A stretch of 37,788 bases of DNA, taken from positions 1-37,788 of IMG/VR virus record IMGVR_UViG_3300020045_000475, one strand, 5' to 3'. Positions within the stretch are counted from its first letter, which is position 1. Each line of letters starts with the position of its first letter. Shown here piece after piece: positions 8,978 through 16,923 of the stretch. This DNA comes from a virus (lineage: Duplodnaviria; Caudoviricetes). The notes beneath the pieces are model-generated. The model was not told the DNA's origin, did no database searches, and saw only the letters and a list, made by a program, of their open reading frames with translations. A program made the translations under genes and the position numbers.

Positions 8978-9622
8978 ATGCCAGCAGCTAATTATGATTT
9001 AGATATTGAACAAGGTGTACCTTACGAACGTGTACTATTCCTGAAGGATGCTCAAGGTGCTATCTTGAATCTAACAGGCTACTCCGCGCGTATGCAAGTA
9101 CGTCCTTACGTATCCTCTAGTGAAGTCCTCGTTGAATTAACCTCAGCTAATACAGGTCTTGTACTTGATCCAGTGCTGGGTTCTTATATTGTACGTGGTA
9201 GTCTCAGCAGTGAAGCGCAGTTGGATTATACGGTAAGAGCAGAGGTTAATTCCGAGGGAACTCTGAGCTATACCATCCGTGCATCCTTGAGTAAAGACCA
9301 AGGGTTAATGTACGATATATTGGCTGCTAATAACGTATCTTCTAGCTCAGGTGGATCGTACATTATCCAAGCGACTACAGCAAATAATACTTCTTGTTCT
9401 TATCAGATTCAAGGTGAGATTATTGACGTACCGTTGACTAATGCAGAGATGCAGCAGTTATACGCTTGGGTTAGCGAGCTAGTTACTAAGAGTGCAACCA
9501 AGGAAGAGATTGCGACTGCAGTGTGGAGTAAACCCACAAGTGAGCTAACAGTAGAGAATTCTATTGGTAAATGGTTAATGCAGAAGGTGTTAACTGTTAG
9601 TAAGTTCTTAGCGTTGAAGTAA
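8978..9622 (+). CDS. Virion structural protein (beta-sandwich N-terminus plus ~14-aa repeats)
   Basis: YDLDIEQG...NLTGYSARMQVR is typical of phage tail-associated beta-sandwich domains; then SYIVR/DYTVR/SYTIR/MYDIL/SYIIQ/SYQIQ periodicity. Confidence 0.55.
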   Translation: MPAANYDLDIEQGVPYERVLFLKDAQGAILNLTGYSARMQVRPYVSSSEVLVELTSANTGLVLDPVLGSYIVRGSLSSEAQLDYTVRAEVNSEGTLSYTIRASLSKDQGLMYDILAANNVSSSSGGSYIIQATTANNTSCSYQIQGEIIDVPLTNAEMQQLYAWVSELVTKSATKEEIATAVWSKPTSELTVENSIGKWLMQKVLTVSKFLALK

Positions 9623-9696
9623 ACGCATACGCAGGTTTCATTAAGTTGAGCCTGCGTATACCGCATGTTGCTTACTTGCTAGCTCATTTCATTCAC

Positions 9697-9725
9697 TTGA
9701 CATAAACCCAGCACAATGCTATCAT
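9697..9725 (+). promoter_or_regulatory. Sigma70-type promoter
   Basis: TTGACA-17 nt-TATCAT with extended -10 TG. Confidence 0.75.
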
Positions 9726-9788
9726 ATTAGCTAATTGGATTACGTGGGATTACTCCTGCGTAACTTCCTACAGAATATAAGGAGTACA

Positions 9789-10181
9789 GTGGATACTAAA
9801 GATACAAAATCAAAAGTAGTACCAGTTACTAAAGCACTTAATGAAGAGTTAATGCAGGTTACTTACGTGGCAATGAAGCCCGGTGTTGATTTACATTATC
9901 ACTCAGTTGATCTAGAAGAAATCCGGTTAGCTAAAGAGTCATTTAACAAGAGTTTAATGCGGGCTAATCTTTTCCACATGACTATGACTGAGAGCTTCAG
10001 CATAATTGAGTCGTACTTGGCACCTACCGACATAGTATTGAATAAACAGTTAGTCACTAAGGGCGAGTGGTTGGTTACTCTTCAGATTCATAAAGGTCAT
10101 GAAGAAGTTTGGGAAATGATTAAGAACGATGAGATTACAGGTGTATCCATTGGAGCTATGGGTATTCTCGAAGACGTTTAA
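9789..10181 (+). CDS. XkdF-like putative prohead serine protease
   Basis: ANLFH, IIESYLAP, KGEWLV, VWEMIKNDEITGVSIGA; GTG 9789 follows SD aaggag. Confidence 0.8.
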   Translation: MDTKDTKSKVVPVTKALNEELMQVTYVAMKPGVDLHYHSVDLEEIRLAKESFNKSLMRANLFHMTMTESFSIIESYLAPTDIVLNKQLVTKGEWLVTLQIHKGHEEVWEMIKNDEITGVSIGAMGILEDV

Positions 10182-10188
10182 AGTATTT

Positions 10189-10270
10189 AGCACGGCTACC
10201 TCGACGGAGGGAAAAGATGATTCATCCACATCCTGCCATTGCTTTTCGGATGCATTCTTGATGAGGAATT
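10189..10270 (+). ncRNA. Structured leader copy 2 (three-way junction plus pseudoknot)
   Basis: P1 agcacggc/gccattgct; UA; cctc-gacg-gagg; GAAAA; gatg-attcatcca-catc; CU; loop catcc complementary to ggatg(10248-52) and tcatc to gatga(10260-64, SD region). Confidence 0.7.
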
Positions 10271-11116
10271 ATGAACAATATATACTATGTGTATCTACAT
10301 AGGCGTGCGACAGATAATAAAGTTTTCTACGTTGGAAAAGGTAAAGACAAAAGATCTCACAGCACCTTCGGTAGAAACGAGCACTGGCAGAAAACAGAAG
10401 CTAAACACGGATTGGTTGTTGAGATTGTATTCGATAATCTAGAAGAGGAAGAAGCCTTTCAAGTAGAAAAGGACACAATTTTAGAGTTCAAGTATTTTGA
10501 TCATCCTCTTTGTAATATGACAAACGGTGGTGAGGGTCTTTCTGGCTTTAAGTGGTCAGAAGAACAAATGAAGAATCACCCAAGTAAGAATAACATAGGT
10601 CGAAAACATACTCCAGAGTCAAAAGCCAAAAGAAGTAAGTCGCTCATGGGACATGTTACAAGTGAAGAAACTAAACAAAAGATAAGTAAAGCACATCAAG
10701 GTACTGCAGTATTTGCTTTTATTGTTAAAACATTAACTAATAAGTTACTTATAACACACAAAGCACGGGCCGAGATACTTGGTATCAACCCTCGTGAACT
10801 ATATAAAGAGTCTTCATACAAGCCTTACTTTTCTCGCCTAGCTATCATGAAATCTGCTGATATTAGAAGAGGTAAACCTGCTTGGAATTCTGGGAAAAAG
10901 TTACCTGAAAGTTCAGGTACTCTCAATAGTTCTGCAGATAACAGAATATTTAGGTTTGAAAGATTGTCGGATGGTTTGATTTTTGACGGAACAAGATATG
11001 ATTTATGTGATAGTTTCTCATTGAAGTTATGTGAAATTGGAAAATTATTCTATAAGAAAGCAAGAAAAACCAGCCAAGGTTGGAAACTTATAAAGGAATT
11101 AGATGGAACAAGTTAA
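10271..11116 (+). CDS. Free-standing GIY-YIG homing endonuclease with NUMOD3 repeats
   Basis: YYVYLH...FYVGKG..KR...E..LCNMTNGGEG; NUMOD3 GRKHTPESKAKRS and SEETKQKISKA. Confidence 0.85.
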   Translation: MNNIYYVYLHRRATDNKVFYVGKGKDKRSHSTFGRNEHWQKTEAKHGLVVEIVFDNLEEEEAFQVEKDTILEFKYFDHPLCNMTNGGEGLSGFKWSEEQMKNHPSKNNIGRKHTPESKAKRSKSLMGHVTSEETKQKISKAHQGTAVFAFIVKTLTNKLLITHKARAEILGINPRELYKESSYKPYFSRLAIMKSADIRRGKPAWNSGKKLPESSGTLNSSADNRIFRFERLSDGLIFDGTRYDLCDSFSLKLCEIGKLFYKKARKTSQGWKLIKELDGTS

Positions 11117-12215
11117 CAGCAGTGTACCACGAAAGGCACAGAAGAGGCTCAAGTCGATTGACTTCTCGGGTAAAGATTCCCATATGGCCCTAGTACACAC
11201 CGACCAAGGCGGGTGCGCGTCTGGGGCGAATTATAAATTAGTGTTAAAAAATACTGATAAGTTTTCTGACTCTTTTATTGCTAAAGCTAGCAAGATCAAA
11301 GTAGAGATGGACATTAACGAATATCTAGAGCGATTCTATCACATCTACGGTGTTGATAACGAGTTACTTGCTCGTGCTATGGGTTTTACAACCCGTGGTC
11401 AAGACAAGGCTGCTCTGGAGATGAAAGAGCAAGCTATTGAAGATCAGGAAGAACCTGAGTATCCCGATTGGGATTCTAATCCCGGTGATGACAAATATGA
11501 AGCATGGATTAATTCTAAGCTCTCGTCTATGGAAGTAATGAAGGCGCTCTACGAAGCTGACCACATTGCTGAAATACTGTCCGGTCTTAGTGAAACAGAA
11601 TATCTGGTTATGCTCAAAGATCAACTCTTGCTTGAGAAAGCATTTAAGAAAATTGACCGCTTGAGTAAATCGAACAAAGCTACTAACGTAGCAAAAGAAT
11701 CTAAGCCCGTGGTTGAAGCCACAGGTGCAGATACCTCAGTCGCTAGCGAGGTAAACGGGGTATCTAACCCTTTGGTTAAAACTAATACTAACAAGGAACT
11801 AAAAATGACTGTTGAATCAACTGTAGTTGAACAGGAAGTTGAAGTAGTTGCTAAGAGTGCATTCGTTGAACTTGAGAAGAGCCTAGATGCTCAGAAGCAA
11901 GAACTGCAAAAAGCACTTGAGTCAATCGCTCAATTCCAAGAGAAAGAAAAACAAGCAATTGCTAAAGCGCGTAAAGCTGAAGTGCTATCTGCTGTTAAAG
12001 ACGCAGGTAAAGCGGAAGTACTATTCAAAGCTGTAGCTGACGCTTCTAATGAAGATTTCGCTGCTGTGGTTAAAGCACTCGGTGATATGCAAGCACAGGT
12101 TGAGAAATCTGCGTTGTTCGTGGAGCAAGGTGCGAGTGTAGAAACTGAGGTTCAACCTGAAGTGTCTCCGCTGGAACGTATGCTCAAAGCTAAGTTCGCT
12201 CAATCCGCTAAGTAA
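11103..12215 (+). CDS. Head scaffolding protein
   Basis: Between protease and decoration/capsid; acidic, coiled-coil C-terminus. Confidence 0.7.
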   Translation: MEQVNSSVPRKAQKRLKSIDFSGKDSHMALVHTDQGGCASGANYKLVLKNTDKFSDSFIAKASKIKVEMDINEYLERFYHIYGVDNELLARAMGFTTRGQDKAALEMKEQAIEDQEEPEYPDWDSNPGDDKYEAWINSKLSSMEVMKALYEADHIAEILSGLSETEYLVMLKDQLLLEKAFKKIDRLSKSNKATNVAKESKPVVEATGADTSVASEVNGVSNPLVKTNTNKELKMTVESTVVEQEVEVVAKSAFVELEKSLDAQKQELQKALESIAQFQEKEKQAIAKARKAEVLSAVKDAGKAEVLFKAVADASNEDFAAVVKALGDMQAQVEKSALFVEQGASVETEVQPEVSPLERMLKAKFAQSAK

Positions 12216-12231
12216 ATAATAAGGAAATAAC

Positions 12232-12633
12232 ATGCCCGTAATCGCAACTGACACACTGCGTGTCTCAAATCTAGTTAAAAAAGAACAATGGGCCGAGCTT
12301 GGCTATTGCCGCGAAGTAGTTACTGTAAACGAAGCAGTCGCTAAAACTTACGCAGTTGGTACTGTTCTTGGTAAAGTTACTGCTGACGGTAAATATAAAA
12401 TCGCTGTTCAAACTGCTGTTGATGGCTCTGCTGTCGCTGCTGCTCTAGTATTGGAAGATAAAGCAATCGCTGCTACTACCGATACTAAGCTAGTAGTTAT
12501 GGTTAAAGGTCCAGCAAGTATCAGCGTTGGTGGTCTAGTTCTAGACGCATCTTATGACCTTGATGCTGAAAAAGCTGTAGTGTATGCTTCCCTTGAATCC
12601 AAAGGTATTCAAGTTCTAAACAAAGCTGCTTAA
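12232..12633 (+). CDS. Head decoration protein (lambda gpD-like)
   Basis: GTVLGKVTADGKY..DGS..AAALVL; directly before capsid. Confidence 0.85.
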   Translation: MPVIATDTLRVSNLVKKEQWAELGYCREVVTVNEAVAKTYAVGTVLGKVTADGKYKIAVQTAVDGSAVAAALVLEDKAIAATTDTKLVVMVKGPASISVGGLVLDASYDLDAEKAVVYASLESKGIQVLNKAA

Positions 12634-12682
12634 TAAATAATAGAGCCTGAGATTTCGGGCTTATTAAAAGGAAAAATATATA

Positions 12683-13711
12683 ATGGCAATTATTCGCTCA
12701 TACACTAATGCTTTTGAGGTCACGGACTTCACACAAGAGCTGCAGATTATCCCGAATTCATGGACACTTTTGAATGACTCTGGTTTGTTCGCTGAAGAGT
12801 TCTTGAGTACCAGTACTGTTACTTTTGAAGAGCAGGCAAGTACTCTTGGTTTGATCGGTGATCAATATCGCGGCGCTAAACCACAAGCTAACAAAGATGA
12901 TAACCGTAAGATTCGTTCTTACCCTATCGGTCACTTCCCGATTGTTGACGCTGTAAAACCTGAAGATATTCAAGGTAAGCGTGCATACGGTTCTAACGAT
13001 ATGGCAGAAACTGAAGCTGCTGTTATCGCACGTAAAATGGAACGTATCCGTCGCAACATGGATATTACTATGGAAGTGGGTCGTTTTAGTACCTTGACCA
13101 CTGGTAATTTGTACGCACCTAATGGTACTATCTCCGGTAACTTGTTCAGTGATTTTGGTATTACTCAAACTTCAGTTGACTTCGTACTAGGTACAGCTAC
13201 TACTGATATTATTGCTAAAGTCGAGACTGTTATTGCATCTATGCAAGACAATGCCAATACTGGTGATGTTATCTCTGGTGTTGTTGCTTATTGCAGTCCT
13301 GAGTGGTTCGCCAAATTGATCTCTCATGCAAAAGTAGTGGATGCATTCCGTTATTTCACTGCAACTGAAGGTCAGTTGATTCAACGTAACCGCGCAGGTG
13401 GTACTAATGGTCTTTACCGTGAATTCACTTATGGTGGCATTCGCTTTATTGAGGTTCGTACAGTACTTGCAGGTCAACGACTAATCCCTGCTGGTGAAGT
13501 TGTGTTTGTTCCTGTCGGTACTTCTGAAACCTTCGTTAGCTACTTCGCACCTGCTAACCGTATGGATTTCGTTAATACCCGCGCAGAGCGTGGTTATATG
13601 TGGACATATCGTGATCCTAAAGGTCAAGGTATTGACATTGACGGAGAGTTTAACGTCACTCACATTGTACGTAGACCCGCGTTGGTTGTTAAAGGTACTA
13701 CCTCTAACTAA
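12683..13711 (+). CDS. Major capsid protein (lambda gpE-like)
   Basis: 342 aa; LNDSGLF, HFPIVDAVKPEDIQGKR, FTYGGIRFIE, RRPALVVK; strong codon bias. Confidence 0.92.
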   Translation: MAIIRSYTNAFEVTDFTQELQIIPNSWTLLNDSGLFAEEFLSTSTVTFEEQASTLGLIGDQYRGAKPQANKDDNRKIRSYPIGHFPIVDAVKPEDIQGKRAYGSNDMAETEAAVIARKMERIRRNMDITMEVGRFSTLTTGNLYAPNGTISGNLFSDFGITQTSVDFVLGTATTDIIAKVETVIASMQDNANTGDVISGVVAYCSPEWFAKLISHAKVVDAFRYFTATEGQLIQRNRAGGTNGLYREFTYGGIRFIEVRTVLAGQRLIPAGEVVFVPVGTSETFVSYFAPANRMDFVNTRAERGYMWTYRDPKGQGIDIDGEFNVTHIVRRPALVVKGTTSN

Positions 13712-13717
13712 ACGATT

Positions 13718-13778
13718 AACCTCTTAACTGAGGTTTTATATTGGAAGGTGTTCTCACAAGGGGCATCTTCTGATATAA
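13718..13778 (+). terminator. Terminator-like hairpin followed by 19-bp G.U-rich hairpin
   Basis: aacctc-ttaact-gaggtt-tt, then ttatattggaaggtgttct/ggggcatcttctgatataa. Confidence 0.55.
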
Positions 13779-13791
13779 TAGAAGAATTATA

Positions 13792-13870
13792 AAGTAAGCT
13801 AGGCTGATCCCCGAAAAGACGACTATCCACCGTCCTGCTTATTTATTTCAGTGGAATTTCGGGAGAAATA
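13792..13870 (+). ncRNA. Structured leader copy 3 (three-way junction plus pseudoknot)
   Basis: P1 aagtaagc/gcttattt; UA; gg-ctgatcc-cc; GAAAA; gacg-actatccac-cgtc; CU; loop tccac complementary to gtgga(13851-55); cccgaaa complementary to tttcggg(13857-63) overlapping SD. Confidence 0.7.
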
Positions 13871-14893
13871 ATGAGAAAAAATATGTGCGTTTATCTACAC
13901 TTAGATAATGAAGGTATTATTCGATATGTTGGTAGCGGTACAAAAACTCGACCGTACCTTTCATGTAATCGGAATACAGCATGGAATAATCTGTTTAAGA
14001 ACAGTCCACCAAAAGTTGTTATAGTTGATTCCGACCTAGTATATGAGGATGCAATAGCCCTTGAGTATTACATGTATGTGAGTTGTCTTGATAATCTTGT
14101 AAATACAACCGAGCCAAGAATTACAAAGCAACTTGACTTTGAGTATTTTAATGAGTGGTTTTATATTGATAGTAATAGTCCTTCGGGTCTTAGTCTTAAA
14201 AAGAAGTCACCTCAAAATAATACAAATATTGGCGAAAATGTAGGGACAGTTGTTACATGCAATAGTCAAAAGAAGTATTGGAGAATTAAATCAAATAGTT
14301 CTGCGTATCTTGCTCATCGAGTTGTTTATCTATTAGAGCATGGCACTATAGACCCACATTTAGTTATAAACCATATAGATGGAAATGGCCTTAATAATTG
14401 TGTAAGTAACTTAGAACAAGTTACCCAGAAAGTTAACTGCTTTAGGAAGAAAGTGGGATCAAATAATTCAACAGGTTTTGCTGGAATAGCTTATACAAAG
14501 TACAAAGGTTTAGTTGATGGTTATAGTTCAAAGTACGTATCAGATAAACCTTACTCACAACGGTTTAGTTTTATCGCTTATGGTGGTGCAGAAGAAGCCC
14601 TAGCAGCAGCTATACGCTGGAGAAGCTACAAACTGCATATCAATAAGATTGAAGAATTTAAGGGAGACTTTGATGAACTGTATTATCTTGTTTGTCAAGA
14701 CTCAATAAAAAGCCAAATGATACGCGCCAATGCTGCAGCTTATTCAGATAACGGAAAGACTTGGTATTGCAAATTAAAATTACCGAATACTAGATATATT
14801 ACTTGTGGATATTTTAATACACCAGAAGAAGCAATAGTCGCTCGTAACAAAATAGTAGATGATTATCATAGTAAATTGAAATATAACCTCTAA
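13871..14893 (+). CDS. Homing endonuclease: GIY-YIG-like N-terminus, HNH domain, AP2-like C-terminus
   Basis: VYLH..RYVGSG..R; AHRVVY..NHIDGNGLNNCVSNL; STGFAGI; GYFNTPEEAIVARN. Confidence 0.85.
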   Translation: MRKNMCVYLHLDNEGIIRYVGSGTKTRPYLSCNRNTAWNNLFKNSPPKVVIVDSDLVYEDAIALEYYMYVSCLDNLVNTTEPRITKQLDFEYFNEWFYIDSNSPSGLSLKKKSPQNNTNIGENVGTVVTCNSQKKYWRIKSNSSAYLAHRVVYLLEHGTIDPHLVINHIDGNGLNNCVSNLEQVTQKVNCFRKKVGSNNSTGFAGIAYTKYKGLVDGYSSKYVSDKPYSQRFSFIAYGGAEEALAAAIRWRSYKLHINKIEEFKGDFDELYYLVCQDSIKSQMIRANAAAYSDNGKTWYCKLKLPNTRYITCGYFNTPEEAIVARNKIVDDYHSKLKYNL

Positions 14894-14992
14894 CCAAACA
14901 CGCCCGCTACTCGCGGGCTATTTCCATAGTGCTACTTTAAGTCCTACGGAAATAGTACCTACTCGGAACTTCAGATAAAAGGACAATACCCT

Positions 14993-15427
14993 ATGGCGCT
15001 TAACTTAATTCAAATCATCCGTCTGAACATCCAAGATACTGCCGCTGGTTTGTACATTCTCTCTGACGCTGAAATCGAGTACTTCCTCCAGAAGAACGAG
15101 AATAATATCAACCGTACATCTCTGGATTGCGCTAGAGTTATCCTACTGAACCTCTCTATGCGAGGTGATTCTACCGTGGATATTCTAAGCATAAAAGGTA
15201 GTAAAGCATCCTCTGAGTACCGCATGTCGCTACAGATGTTCCTACGTGATCCTAATATGAACCCTGTGCTGACTAACTGCCAAGGTTATGCCGGTGGTAT
15301 CTCCATCAGTGACATGCAAGCTAACGTAGATAATCCAGACAATAACTACGCGCGTACTCCCGAGGATATTCCAGTTAACCCAGTAGTGTACCCCTCGATG
15401 TACAGCGCGGATTACTTCCGTATTTAA
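14993..15427 (+). CDS. Head-tail adaptor protein
   Basis: IRLNIQDT..ILSDAEIEYFL; position after capsid. Confidence 0.7.
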   Translation: MALNLIQIIRLNIQDTAAGLYILSDAEIEYFLQKNENNINRTSLDCARVILLNLSMRGDSTVDILSIKGSKASSEYRMSLQMFLRDPNMNPVLTNCQGYAGGISISDMQANVDNPDNNYARTPEDIPVNPVVYPSMYSADYFRI

Positions 15428-15439
15428 CGAGGACTGAAT

Positions 15440-15805
15440 ATGAGTATGCACCTTCAGTTCATCCGATCAGCTAAACAACTAATCTACCCTAATGGTGTAA
15501 GCGTAGTATTTACTGCAGTTACTAACCAAGCCTATAACATCGAGACTCAGACTGCAGGTACTACTGAAGTTCAAACTACTGTAATCGCTTTCCCTAAAGT
15601 AGTGAAGGTATCTCAGTGGAACTATCCGAACTTAGTGAATAAAACCGTAGAAGAGTTCTTGATTGTAGCAACTGATTTGACACAAGCACCAAAGCCCCTA
15701 GATAAGCTCACAAGAGGCTCGGATGTATTCACTGTAGATAGTACACGTGAACACGTTGCAGGAGGTTCTGTGGTGATCTACAAGGTTCTAGCGTACAAGG
15801 GATAG
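15440..15805 (+). CDS. Head closure protein
   Basis: 121 aa beta-rich; synteny. Confidence 0.6.
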   Translation: MSMHLQFIRSAKQLIYPNGVSVVFTAVTNQAYNIETQTAGTTEVQTTVIAFPKVVKVSQWNYPNLVNKTVEEFLIVATDLTQAPKPLDKLTRGSDVFTVDSTREHVAGGSVVIYKVLAYKG

Positions 15806-15836
15806 CTATGATTAGTACCACTCAAACGAGGTTCTC

Positions 15837-16364
15837 GTGATTACCTTCGATACTACTGCTCTTGTAGCCAGTCTTGATGCTGCTCATAAAGACGCTGTTA
15901 AACGTATGAAGAACATGGTTGAAGGATTCGCATACGAGTTCATATTGACCGTATCATCCAAGACACCAATAGGTGATGAGATGTCCATCAGTCTAGGTAT
16001 TGACGGGGTTAAGCCTTATTCTGCTTACTACGAGTACTACGATAAACGCTATGCTGAGTACGACATAGCTATTAGACCGGGTTATCACAAAGGTGCATGG
16101 CAGTATAGCTCAAGTGGTAATTTCCAGTTCAGTTCAGATATTAACTCAGTATATGACTCTGCAGATTCTGCAATGAACAGAGCAGAGGATGCATACCGTC
16201 TGGGTTCTACATTCTACATTGGTTCCAATACACCCGGTATGGTTTTCCTTGAGAATAATTCCTCAGATCAGACTAACGGTATGGGTATCATGCAACCAAC
16301 TATAGATGATGTTACATCAGCTTTTGCTATTAACGCTCAACGGTACTATCAAATGGGTAGTTGA
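15837..16364 (+). CDS. Neck/tail completion protein (HK97 gp10-like)
   Basis: KTPIGD..GYHKGAW..YIGSNTPGMVFLENNSSDQ motifs. Confidence 0.65.
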   Translation: MITFDTTALVASLDAAHKDAVKRMKNMVEGFAYEFILTVSSKTPIGDEMSISLGIDGVKPYSAYYEYYDKRYAEYDIAIRPGYHKGAWQYSSSGNFQFSSDINSVYDSADSAMNRAEDAYRLGSTFYIGSNTPGMVFLENNSSDQTNGMGIMQPTIDDVTSAFAINAQRYYQMGS

Positions 16365-16388
16365 CCTGAATAAACAACAGAGGTATAA

Positions 16389-16799
16389 ATGTCACCTATT
16401 CTACTAGCCAAGAAAGCAGCAGAGCGAAAGCTAAGTACGTTATCTCCTGCGCTACCAACAGCATACGAAGGTATTAAGTTCATTCCTCCTGCTGGTATGT
16501 ACTTACGCACTCAGTTCACTATTCAACGTCCAGATGATCCTGTGATTGGTGACAAATACTACCGTGAGCGTATTAGCCTACAAGTGTTCATTGTGGATGT
16601 ACTAAACACTGGTACAGCCAATGCATACGCCAAAGCAGAAGAGATTAGAACTCTCTTTGAAAAAGGAAGTACCTTCCAAGAGCAAGGAACAAATATATAC
16701 GTCCTTGGTACACCACAGATTACGGGAGCAGCAGTGGCAAGTGATCGGCTGATTGTACCTGTGATTGTTGAGTTAGTTGTTGAGGTGTATAAGGATTGA
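16389..16799 (+). CDS. Tail terminator-like protein
   Basis: TAYEG..F.PP..YLR, LQVFI, GTANAYAKAEEIRTLF; precedes tail tube. Confidence 0.7.
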   Translation: MSPILLAKKAAERKLSTLSPALPTAYEGIKFIPPAGMYLRTQFTIQRPDDPVIGDKYYRERISLQVFIVDVLNTGTANAYAKAEEIRTLFEKGSTFQEQGTNIYVLGTPQITGAAVASDRLIVPVIVELVVEVYKD

Positions 16800-16923
16800 T
16801 ACGTAGGTTGGACTTGCGTTCAAGTAAGAATAAGGTTCTGTTTTAGCTCCTTGTAAAAGCTAAATTACTTTGCAAAGTAAATCAAATAAGACTTGTAAAA
16901 GTCCAAATTAAGGAATATAATAT

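Noticed and set aside
264-13870. Leaders as hammerhead, HDV-like or tRNA elements
   Set aside because: No CUGANGA core in the junction, no HDV nested topology, no cloverleaf or T-loop
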